From IMG/VR virus record IMGVR_UViG_3300042860_000278: DNA of 64,000 nucleotides. The stretch is one strand, 5' to 3'. The stretch comes from an uncultured virus (IMG/VR IMGVR_UViG_3300042860_000278) (lineage: Duplodnaviria; Heunggongvirae; Uroviricota; Caudoviricetes). The notes below the pieces were generated by a model. It had not been told where the DNA came from, ran no database searches, and saw nothing but the letters and a program-made list of their open reading frames with translations. The translations under genes were made by a program, and so were the position numbers. The number at the start of each line of letters is the position of its first letter. Position 1 is the stretch's first letter. This document shows positions 46,492 through 54,662 of the stretch, in pieces.

Positions 46492-47669
46492 ATAAATCTA
46501 TACAAGACATCTTCAAAGAATCATTGGAGATGTTGGATCAGGACAAGTTCGACGAGTGCATACCGGGGTTCACGAAACTCATCGACATGCATCCGTTGAT
46601 CATTGCGTCCTACATTCAGCGTGGCCGAGCGCACTGGGAGATGAAGCGTTGGGACTTGGCACAGGCAGACTTTGAGAAGGCTCTGCACCACGATCCTGAC
46701 ACCGCTGATGCCAAGTGGACGATGGGTCTGATGGCGATGCAGCGCGGTGAATTCAAGCGTGGGTGGGAGTTGTATGACGAGCGTTGGAACAGTACGTCGT
46801 TTGCATCCCCGCGACTCAAGACGAGGCTCCCCGAGTGGCGACCATACCGTGCCTATCAGTCTGTACTTGTATGGTGTGAGCAGGGCATCGGTGATCAGTT
46901 GCTGTACAGCAGTCTGCTGAAGAAGGTTAAGAGTTGTACTAAGAAAGTTACAGTAATGATCGACGTTCGTTTGATGGGATTACTGCAACGAGCCAACCCA
47001 GACATCAAGTTCATTCCGCATAGCGCCAGAGTTAACAACGCTGAGTATGATTCTCAGATAGCACTGGGCAGCATCGGCAGACCTTTCATTGAGACAGAAG
47101 CCGACATCGACGAGTGCACCCAGTTCAAGTACATCAGACACGACACGAATCGTGGTGTGCAAATACAGCAAGAGTTGGGTCTGACCGGAGAAGAGTTCGT
47201 CATCGGTCTCTCATGGGCTAGTACTGCACCTCGCATCGACAAGCACAAGAGCATCAAGTTAGAAGAACTGATCGGGCTGTGGGATATCCCGAACGCCAAG
47301 ATCGTCAGTCTCCAATACGGCAAACCCGAGCACGAAATAGAACTATTTGAAGAGAAGACTCACCAACAAGTCTGGCAGACCACCGTGAGCAACTTCTTTG
47401 ATCTAGAGGGTGTAGCCGCCACGATGTCGCTGTGCGATGTGGTGGTGTCGGTTAGTAATGCCAACGTGCATATCGCAGGGGCGATGGGCAAACCTACGTA
47501 TGTGCTCGACGCTAACAAACTTTGGTACTGGAACCAGAAGCGTGGCCGCACGAGTCTGTGGTATCCATCGGTAAAACTATTTCCACGCGACAACGTAAAG
47601 GCTCCGTGGGACAAACAAGTTCAAGAACTAATTCAGGAGATTCAAGATGACTACTTCCCTAACTCTTGA
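46488..47669 (+). CDS. TPR-repeat plus GT-B (family 9-like) glycosyltransferase-like protein
   Basis: N-terminal TPR helices, GW.LY..RW, EQGIGD.L, IG.SW, SLQYG, D.VVS..N..VH.AGA.GKP and WYPSV.LF. Confidence 0.8.
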   Translation: MNKSIQDIFKESLEMLDQDKFDECIPGFTKLIDMHPLIIASYIQRGRAHWEMKRWDLAQADFEKALHHDPDTADAKWTMGLMAMQRGEFKRGWELYDERWNSTSFASPRLKTRLPEWRPYRAYQSVLVWCEQGIGDQLLYSSLLKKVKSCTKKVTVMIDVRLMGLLQRANPDIKFIPHSARVNNAEYDSQIALGSIGRPFIETEADIDECTQFKYIRHDTNRGVQIQQELGLTGEEFVIGLSWASTAPRIDKHKSIKLEELIGLWDIPNAKIVSLQYGKPEHEIELFEEKTHQQVWQTTVSNFFDLEGVAATMSLCDVVVSVSNANVHIAGAMGKPTYVLDANKLWYWNQKRGRTSLWYPSVKLFPRDNVKAPWDKQVQELIQEIQDDYFPNS

Positions 47670-47913
47670 TGACGATGTGTCCTATCTGGATGTTAAGCCA
47701 GAGGACATGGTTCCGATCCCGCCGCAGGAAAAAGTCTGGGCAACGATTGGTGACAATCTTCAGTTGGAGTACATCGACTGGGACATGATTGAAAACCTCG
47801 CTCATCAGTTTGATCTATTGCATAAGGCAGGAGAACAGAAGACTGAGAGCCATGTGATCTGCAAGTTACTAGTGTTGGTGCGGGACAAGACGAAGAAGGA
47901 GTGCGGTGCGTGA
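47647..47913 (+). CDS. Hypothetical protein
   Basis: AGGAG SD; coupled to the next gene. Confidence 0.6.
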   Translation: MTTSLTLDDDVSYLDVKPEDMVPIPPQEKVWATIGDNLQLEYIDWDMIENLAHQFDLLHKAGEQKTESHVICKLLVLVRDKTKKECGA

Positions 47914-48581
47914 AGATCTTTGTTGGTTGGGATAGTCGTGAAGACATCGCGTATCAGGTGTGCAAGGAATCATTACTCCGGCACACATCTGTACCGCTCG
48001 ACATCCAACCGATTAAGCAGACTGATTTGCGCGAACGAAACGTGTACTGGCGGGAGCATGACCCTCTATCTTCTACCGAGTTTTCGTTCACTCGTTTCCT
48101 GACGCCGTATCTTGCAGGATACAAAGGGTGGGCGTTGTTCATGGATTGTGACTTTCTCTGGCGAGGAGATGTGGCAGGAGTCATGGACTACGCTGATCCG
48201 AAGTACGCCGTACTGTGCGTGAAGCACAAGTACAAGCCGAAAGAAGAAACAAAGATGGACGGCCATGCACAGCACAAGTATCCGAAGAAGAATTGGTCGA
48301 GTCTGATGCTGCTGAACTGTGAACACCCAGATATAAAACAAAACTTGACGCCGCAGATAGTGAACATTGGGACTGGGATGTACCTGCATCAATTCCGGTG
48401 GACGCTAGAAGAGAACATTGGTGAGTTACCCATCGCATATAACTACTTGGAAGGTTGGCACACAAAAAACACCTGCCCGAATCCCGTGGCTGTTCACTTC
48501 ACTAGAGGTGGCCCGTGGTTTGAAGATTGGGGAAGCGTGGAATACGGGGATGAGTGGTTAGCGGTAGCCAAAGAGATGTGA
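47910..48581 (+). CDS. GT-A fold glycosyltransferase (family 8-like)
   Basis: IFVG.D.RE, STEFSFTRF, DCD (DxD), KNWSSLM..N and HFT.GGPW motifs. Confidence 0.85.
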   Translation: MKIFVGWDSREDIAYQVCKESLLRHTSVPLDIQPIKQTDLRERNVYWREHDPLSSTEFSFTRFLTPYLAGYKGWALFMDCDFLWRGDVAGVMDYADPKYAVLCVKHKYKPKEETKMDGHAQHKYPKKNWSSLMLLNCEHPDIKQNLTPQIVNIGTGMYLHQFRWTLEENIGELPIAYNYLEGWHTKNTCPNPVAVHFTRGGPWFEDWGSVEYGDEWLAVAKEM

Positions 48582-48582
48582 G

Positions 48583-49005
48583 ATGCGACGAGATAAGAGA
48601 AAGGAAGGTAAGGTCTACACAAGGCTGTCGAGGTTTAACTTGGCTCTGTCGTATGAACAATACTTGTTCCTGTTGGAACGTAAGCGAAGAGCCAAAGAAC
48701 TCGACGAACGTATGACTTACAAGGATTTGATGGTGCTGTGGAATCTGCCGCAGCATCACATGGCTACAGCAATGTACAGAGGGATTAAACAATATGACGA
48801 CAGAATTAAAGCCGAAGGTGGAGACGTTGGTAATCGACGATCAGTCCCCGCCCGGCGCGTGGAAAGACGAGATGAGTGCTGCCCCTTGGGGCTATGGTCA
48901 AAGTCAGCAGATGCGCGTCGAGCGATCCTTGCAGAATATACGGAGAGCGGGACTGTTCGACGAGGCTACAGTCCTCTTGTTAGAGTTGAATACTTTGAAG
49001 ACTGA
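48583..49005 (+). CDS. Hypothetical protein (C-terminal half overlaps 48794-49036)
   Basis: Follows the glycosyltransferase gene directly. Confidence 0.5.
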   Translation: MRRDKRKEGKVYTRLSRFNLALSYEQYLFLLERKRRAKELDERMTYKDLMVLWNLPQHHMATAMYRGIKQYDDRIKAEGGDVGNRRSVPARRVERRDECCPLGLWSKSADARRAILAEYTESGTVRRGYSPLVRVEYFED

Positions 49006-49036
49006 ACTGGAGATACTGCGTGGAAATCGAAGATGA
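48794..49036 (+). CDS. Hypothetical protein
   Basis: GAGGGA SD; coiled-coil end; overlaps the next start. Confidence 0.55.
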   Translation: MTTELKPKVETLVIDDQSPPGAWKDEMSAAPWGYGQSQQMRVERSLQNIRRAGLFDEATVLLLELNTLKTELEILRGNRR

Positions 49037-49217
49037 TATTCTTGATCTGATTCGCGCACTCCCCAACGACATCAATGATGCCTCGACCACAACAGAAATG
49101 AAGTTTCTGACAGTGGGCAGCGTGTTGTGGGCGTGTCGTGATGAGATCGTCTACTTACGCAGAGAAGTTGAGAGGTTGAAAAGTGAGCGTCGTAAAGCAA
49201 GAAAGAAGGTGTACTGA
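49020..49217 (+). CDS. Hypothetical protein
   Basis: GGAG SD with GTG start; DEI..LR.E.ERL coiled-coil motif. Confidence 0.55.
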   Translation: MEIEDDILDLIRALPNDINDASTTTEMKFLTVGSVLWACRDEIVYLRREVERLKSERRKARKKVY

Positions 49218-49377
49218 GTGCAAGCGCAAGTTTGCAACGGCGAACTCATTTCACGCGCACAAATACAGATTTGGTGATTGCCGCTCTCTTGAAGCGATGG
49301 CGGCAATCGGATTCGTAGAAACCGCGAAGGGATGGAAGTTAATTGACCCCCGAACGAAAAGTAAAAGACAAGGTTAG
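49183..49377 (+). CDS. Small Zn-finger protein
   Basis: CTEC...F.....F..H......C pattern. Confidence 0.6.
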   Translation: MSVVKQERRCTECKRKFATANSFHAHKYRFGDCRSLEAMAAIGFVETAKGWKLIDPRTKSKRQG

Positions 49378-49651
49378 AAAAGTTCTAACCGAGATCAAGG
49401 CTTACTACGCGATGCCCATCGGCACAGGTTATGGCAACGCCGGAGTGCCAGACTTCCTAGTCTGCTACAAGGGGTTGTTCATAGGCATCGAATGCAAGGC
49501 CAAGGGGAACAAACCGACTGCCTTACAGATGAAAAACTTTAAAGACATTGAAGAGGCAGGAGGACAAGTGCTGTTGATTGATGAGTCTAATGTTGATCAG
49601 TTGTTGCAATTAATATTGATAGGAGTCAGTTCGTATGAAAAAGCAGAGTAA
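49343..49651 (+). CDS. VRR-NUC domain nuclease
   Basis: TPE.KVK, G.G..GVPD, IECKA, PT.LQ and AGG motifs. Confidence 0.88.
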   Translation: MTPERKVKDKVRKVLTEIKAYYAMPIGTGYGNAGVPDFLVCYKGLFIGIECKAKGNKPTALQMKNFKDIEEAGGQVLLIDESNVDQLLQLILIGVSSYEKAE

Positions 49652-50096
49652 TGCTGCGAAGATTCGCGCTCTCTTGGCAGAGGGGCTGTCAGTAAAAGAG
49701 ATCGCCGCCAAGTTGAAACTCAAAGAGAACTACGTTCATCAAGTAAAGTTCTATTGGAAGAACAATATCAAGAAGGGTGAGCGAGTTAAGAAAACCAAGT
49801 TGTCGAAGATCGCAAAGACCCGCGAAGTATTGCAGCCGGTAAAGCCGTTGATCTTCAACGGGCAGAAGCCGATAAAAGTTCCCGAGGCCGATATGGTCAA
49901 TCACCCACCGCACTACAAGGTTGGCGGCGTGGAAACGATTGAGTTCATAGAGGCTAAGAATCTTAACTATCACTTGGGCAACGCTGTGAAGTACATCAGC
50001 CGCGCTTTCTACAAGGGCAATCCGTTGCAGGACTTGAAGAAGGCTAGGTTCTACATTGATCGCGAGATCGCCCGTCGAGAATCGAAGGCTGCTTGA
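49635..50096 (+). CDS. HTH-like N-terminus plus DUF3310 (T7 gp1.7/SaV-like) domain
   Basis: D.VNHP.HY..GG.E.I, LGNA.KY..R..K and DL.KA.FY motifs. Confidence 0.8.
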   Translation: MKKQSNAAKIRALLAEGLSVKEIAAKLKLKENYVHQVKFYWKNNIKKGERVKKTKLSKIAKTREVLQPVKPLIFNGQKPIKVPEADMVNHPPHYKVGGVETIEFIEAKNLNYHLGNAVKYISRAFYKGNPLQDLKKARFYIDREIARRESKAA

Positions 50097-50098
50097 TC

Positions 50099-51967
50099 AT
50101 GAGTTTCGTAACGCTAGATTTTGAAACGTACTATGCGAAGGACTTCAGTCTGTCGAAGATGACGACTGAGGAATACATTCGCGACCCGCGCTTTCAAATC
50201 ATCGGCGTAGGTGTCAAAGAGAACGATGGCGAACCCGTTTGGTTTTCTGGATCTCACGATGAGATTAAAGAATTCTTAAACAGGTTTGACTGGAGCAGCA
50301 CCGCTGTCCTATGTCACAACGCCATGTTCGACGGAGCGATACTGGAGTGGGTTCTGGATATTCATCCGAACTTCTACTACGACACGCTGTGCATGGCTCG
50401 TGCTTTACACGGGGTCGATGCAGGTGGATCGCTTGCTGCGCTTGTTCAGCGTTACGAGATTGGTGAGAAGGGAACCGAAGTACACAACAACATCGGGAAA
50501 CGGAGAGAGGACTTCTCTCCGGCAGAACTGGAGTTGTATGGGCACTATTGCATGAACGACGTTGAACTAACGTGCAATTTGTTTGCTCGTATGGCTCCAG
50601 TTTTTCCCGAGGTCGAGTTCAATCTGGTGGACATGACCCTCAAGATGTACACCCGTCCGACGCTGATGGTGGACGATGCGCTGTTGGTCACGAGGCTAGA
50701 TGAAATTAAAGCCGAGAAGACTGAACTGCTAAATGGTCTGAGAGGTTTGCTTGACTGTGGGCTAGAGGAAGAAGTTCGCAAGAAACTCTGTAGCAACAAA
50801 CAGTTCGCGCAGATACTGGAGGACTTCAACATCCCCGTGCCCATGAAGATCAGTCCGACTACGGGCAACCCGACCTTTGCTCTTGCCAAGAATGATGTGG
50901 GGTTCATGGCTCTGCAAGAACATCCCGACCCGATCATTCAACAACTCTGCGCGGTTCGTCTGGGTACGAAGTCCACCATCGAAGAGTCACGCATCGAACG
51001 CTTCATCGGAATCGGTGCGCGAAACAATGGCATGCTGCCTATCCCGTTGAAGTATTACGGGGCACACACTGGGCGGTGGTCAGGGCAGGACAGCGTCAAC
51101 TTCCAGAACTTGCCGAGCCGCGATGCCAAGAAGAAGGCGTTGAAGAATTCAGTGCTGGCTCCCCGTGGACATGTCGTTATTAACTGTGACAGTTCACAGA
51201 TCGAAGCGCGTGTGCTGGCGTGGTTAGCCGAGCAGGAGGACATGGTCGAGGCGTTCCGTAACAAGCGGGATATCTATTCCGAGTTCGCCACGCAGGTCTA
51301 CAACAGAACTATTACGAAGAAAGATCCGGTCGAGCGGTTCGTGGGCAAGACCTGCATCCTTGGACTGGGCTACGGCACAGGTGCTGCCAAGTTGCAGCAC
51401 ACTCTGGGCACGGCGCATCCGGTGAGCGTTCGCCTTGAAGAACATGAGTGCAAGCGCATCGTGCATCTGTACCGACAGGCCAACAGCATGATCCCGAGGT
51501 TTTGGAATGACTGTGACCGAGCCTTGTCATGGCTGATGAGCACGGGTGCGAACGTTGGTAAGTCTTACTACTTGGACAACAAGCAAGTCGTGGAGATAAC
51601 GCCGGAAGGCATAAGGCTTCCGAACCGACTGTACATCCGCTATCCGAACCTCCGCACTAGCGGCCTTGAAAACGGATGCGTTTACACATCACGCCGTGGC
51701 GTAATAAAGATCTGGGGCGGTGCAGTTACTGAGAATATCGTGCAAGCCCTCGCCCGAATCATCGTGGGCGAACAGATGCTAAAGATAAACGAACGTTATC
51801 GAACTGTACTGACCGTGCATGACGCAGGTGTCTGGGTTGTCCCAGAATCCGAAGTCGATGACGCCCTTGCATTTATAGTGAAAACTATGTCTACTCCCCC
51901 TGACTGGTGTGCCGATCTGCCCGTCGCTTGCGAGGCTAAATACGGACAATCATATGGGGATTGCTAG
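50099..51967 (+). CDS. DNA polymerase, family A, with 3'-5' exonuclease
   Basis: Exo motifs DFET, HNAMFD and YC..D; TGRWS, motif A DSSQIEAR, motif B R...K...LG..YG, motif C VHD. Confidence 0.95.
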   Translation: MSFVTLDFETYYAKDFSLSKMTTEEYIRDPRFQIIGVGVKENDGEPVWFSGSHDEIKEFLNRFDWSSTAVLCHNAMFDGAILEWVLDIHPNFYYDTLCMARALHGVDAGGSLAALVQRYEIGEKGTEVHNNIGKRREDFSPAELELYGHYCMNDVELTCNLFARMAPVFPEVEFNLVDMTLKMYTRPTLMVDDALLVTRLDEIKAEKTELLNGLRGLLDCGLEEEVRKKLCSNKQFAQILEDFNIPVPMKISPTTGNPTFALAKNDVGFMALQEHPDPIIQQLCAVRLGTKSTIEESRIERFIGIGARNNGMLPIPLKYYGAHTGRWSGQDSVNFQNLPSRDAKKKALKNSVLAPRGHVVINCDSSQIEARVLAWLAEQEDMVEAFRNKRDIYSEFATQVYNRTITKKDPVERFVGKTCILGLGYGTGAAKLQHTLGTAHPVSVRLEEHECKRIVHLYRQANSMIPRFWNDCDRALSWLMSTGANVGKSYYLDNKQVVEITPEGIRLPNRLYIRYPNLRTSGLENGCVYTSRRGVIKIWGGAVTENIVQALARIIVGEQMLKINERYRTVLTVHDAGVWVVPESEVDDALAFIVKTMSTPPDWCADLPVACEAKYGQSYGDC

Positions 51968-52626
51968 TGATCAAATGGTCGTACAGCGGACTGAAGGACT
52001 TCACCAAATGTCCGCGCCAGTATCATGAAGTAAAGGTTTTACAGAACTTCAAGAAGGAAGTAACGGAGCAGATGCGTTACGGAACTGAGGTTCACCAAGC
52101 ATTAGAGGACTACGTCAGAAACGGTATACCACTGAATAGAAATTATGAACGCTTTCAACCTCTGCTGGATGTGCTTATGCGGATGCCGGGGACACGATTC
52201 CCTGAGCACAAGATGGCATTGACAATCGATAAGCAGCCGTGTGGTTTTGACGATGCAGATTACTGGGTGCGCGGTATTGCTGACTTGTTAATCATAGACG
52301 GAGACCATGCTTTCGTTATTGATTACAAGACTGGCAAGCCGAAGATGCCTGACCCCGACCAGTTAAAGTTGATGGCGTTGATGGTGTTCGCGCACTTTCC
52401 TTCAGTGAAGAAGATCAAAGCTGCGCTTGCATTCATACTTTATGATGTTTTTATTCCAGAGGAATACGAACGTAATCAAGTTGATTCGATCTGGGATGTG
52501 TTCAATCCGGATCTTATGAGGTTGAGTCTCGCTTACGAGAACAACACTTGGATGCCAAACCCCACTCCGCTTTGTGGTTGGTGTCCTGTAGATACTTGTG
52601 AATTCTACAAGCGGAGGAGGAACTGA
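51961..52626 (+). CDS. PD-(D/E)XK RecB/Cas4-like exonuclease
   Basis: WSYS....F..CP, G.EVH..LE, RG.AD, DYKTGK, QL..MA and C.WCP...C motifs. Confidence 0.88.
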   Translation: MLVIKWSYSGLKDFTKCPRQYHEVKVLQNFKKEVTEQMRYGTEVHQALEDYVRNGIPLNRNYERFQPLLDVLMRMPGTRFPEHKMALTIDKQPCGFDDADYWVRGIADLLIIDGDHAFVIDYKTGKPKMPDPDQLKLMALMVFAHFPSVKKIKAALAFILYDVFIPEEYERNQVDSIWDVFNPDLMRLSLAYENNTWMPNPTPLCGWCPVDTCEFYKRRRN

Positions 52627-52627
52627 G

Positions 52628-52909
52628 ATGGCTTACGTAAACAAACCCCGCCCGTACAAGAAAGAGTATCAGCAACAGAAAGCCCGTAAGGAACATGCAG
52701 ATCGCATGGAGCGTCAACGTGCGCGCCGCGCTGTTGATAAGAACGGTAAAGATTTAAATGGTAACGGAAAAGCAGATCGACGCGAGGGCAAGGACATTGC
52801 CCACAAGAAAGCGTTATCGAAAGGTGGAACCAACAAAGACGGTTACACCATCCAGTCAATTCGTCGCAACCGCTCTTTCAAACGTACCTCAAGCGGAGCG
52901 ATGAAGTAG
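52628..52909 (+). CDS. Small basic HNH-like protein
   Basis: GGAGG SD; R.YK.EY N-terminus and a degenerate HNH pattern GKDI.H...LS.GG.N.........NRS. Confidence 0.65.
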   Translation: MAYVNKPRPYKKEYQQQKARKEHADRMERQRARRAVDKNGKDLNGNGKADRREGKDIAHKKALSKGGTNKDGYTIQSIRRNRSFKRTSSGAMK

Positions 52910-53065
52910 TCCCCACAAGGTATGAGTGTGGAGGACAGGGCAGTTCCCACCCACTTCTGCCCTAGCGTAGTCATAAGCGCTCAACCATGCCATTCAAGGC
53001 AGCGGCTATCTAACTGATTCTCACCGCTGTGACTTGAACGACTGGCCCCCGTAAGGGGCTTCTTC
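52909..53065 (+). ncRNA. Putative structured small RNA (4-5 hairpins) with an anti-RBS loop
   Basis: Stems at 52909-52936, 52937-52963, 52964-52981 (weak), 52993-53038 and 53045-53059 followed by TTCTT. G-U pairs favour the plus strand. Loop 53013-53022 is the reverse complement of GAGAATCAGT. Confidence 0.7.
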
Positions 53066-53075
53066 AAGAGGAATT

Positions 53076-54662
53076 ATGGAAGTCATAGAGAACACGGCGC
53101 TACGCCTAACCGTGCCGAATCAAGTTGCTCAGAACATCCTGAGTAAAGTTGAAAAGAGCGAGTTGATCATCGACTGCGGAACAGCCAAAGACATTGCTGT
53201 CTACTGGGGTTTCGATGAAGCATCGTTGCTAACTTATCTACTCGACGGTGAACTTCCGAAGGAAGGCACACCTATCATCCCGTCGCCAATACTCAGAGAT
53301 TACAACTGGCCGGGCGTCTTCAAACCATTTGATCACCAGAAGAGTACTGCATCATTCCTAAGTCTGAGGCAGAGAGCGTTCTGCTTTAACGAAGCCGGGA
53401 CAGGCAAGACCTCTGCTGCGATATGGGCAGCGGACTACCTGATGACACTAGGCTTGGTAAAAAGAGTTCTAGTGATCTGCCCGTTGTCGATCATGCACTC
53501 AGCATGGCAAGCAGACATCTTCAAGACCGCGATGCATCGTTCATGCGGCGTGGCATATGGCGATGGTGCGAAGCGGAAACAAATTATCAACAACCCTTAC
53601 GACTTCATCGTTATTAATTATGACGGAGTTGCAATCGTCAGGGATGAGATTCGTAACGGTGGATTCGATCTGATCATCGTTGATGAGGCGAATGCATACA
53701 AGACACCGACGACGAAACGATGGAAGACGTTAGCGTCAATCATTACATCTGATACACGCCTGTGGATGATGACCGGCACACCTGCCTCGCAGTCTCCGGT
53801 GGATGCCTATGGCCTTGCGAAGTTGATCTCACCGTACCGTGTACCGAAGTTCATGAGTGCGTGGCGGGATAAAGTTATGCGCCAAGTCTCACGATTCAAG
53901 TGGATGCCCAAACCAGATTCGCAACACGAAGTGCGTTACGCGCTACAACCTGCGATCCGGTATACCAAGAAAGAATGCTTGGATCTACCAGAGGTGACGT
54001 ATCAAACCCGTGAAGTACCGCTCACGGTGCAAGTCGCAAGATACTATAAAACCCTTAAAAATCAGATGTTAATCGAAGCTGCTGGGCAAATGGTGTCAGC
54101 AGTCAACGCTGCGGCAAGCATGAGCAAGTTGCTGCAAATCTCAGGCGGCGCGGTCTACACCGATCACCGCGATGTGGTCGAGTTTGATGTGTCTCCACGC
54201 CTTGAAGCGATGCGCGAAGTGCTTGACGAAACGTCAAACAAAGTTGTAATATTCGTACCGTACATACACACGATTGATGTTGTCACTGAATATCTGAACC
54301 GCGAGGGCTACACTAACGAAGTGATCAAAGGCGATGTGCCACCCAAGACACGCGCCGATATCATCGACAGGTTCCAGTCTCAAGAAAATCCGCGAGTGCT
54401 TGTGATTCAACCGCAAGCAGCATCTCACGGTGTGACTTTGACCGCCGCTGATACGATCATCTTCTGGTCGCCTGTGATGAGCGTTGAGACTTATCTTCAG
54501 TGTATCGGTCGTATTGATAGAGTTGGACAGCGTAATCCGTGTACGGTCGTTCATCTTCAGGGTTCTGATGCTGAGCGTCGCGTGTACAACATGTTGCAAG
54601 GTAAAGTTGATTCGCATCAAAAACTAGTTGATCTGTATAAGCAGGAGTTGGAATCAGTATGA
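53076..54662 (+). CDS. SNF2-family helicase
   Basis: NEAGTGKT, VICP, IVDEA, MTGTP and Q...RI.R.GQ motifs. Confidence 0.92.
   Translation: MEVIENTALRLTVPNQVAQNILSKVEKSELIIDCGTAKDIAVYWGFDEASLLTYLLDGELPKEGTPIIPSPILRDYNWPGVFKPFDHQKSTASFLSLRQRAFCFNEAGTGKTSAAIWAADYLMTLGLVKRVLVICPLSIMHSAWQADIFKTAMHRSCGVAYGDGAKRKQIINNPYDFIVINYDGVAIVRDEIRNGGFDLIIVDEANAYKTPTTKRWKTLASIITSDTRLWMMTGTPASQSPVDAYGLAKLISPYRVPKFMSAWRDKVMRQVSRFKWMPKPDSQHEVRYALQPAIRYTKKECLDLPEVTYQTREVPLTVQVARYYKTLKNQMLIEAAGQMVSAVNAAASMSKLLQISGGAVYTDHRDVVEFDVSPRLEAMREVLDETSNKVVIFVPYIHTIDVVTEYLNREGYTNEVIKGDVPPKTRADIIDRFQSQENPRVLVIQPQAASHGVTLTAADTIIFWSPVMSVETYLQCIGRIDRVGQRNPCTVVHLQGSDAERRVYNMLQGKVDSHQKLVDLYKQELESV

Noticed and set aside
52909..53065. 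tRNA or tmRNA interpretation of the multi-hairpin region
   Set aside because: No acceptor stem closing a cloverleaf, no TTCRA T-loop and no CCA end; no tRNA gene was recognised anywhere in the window.
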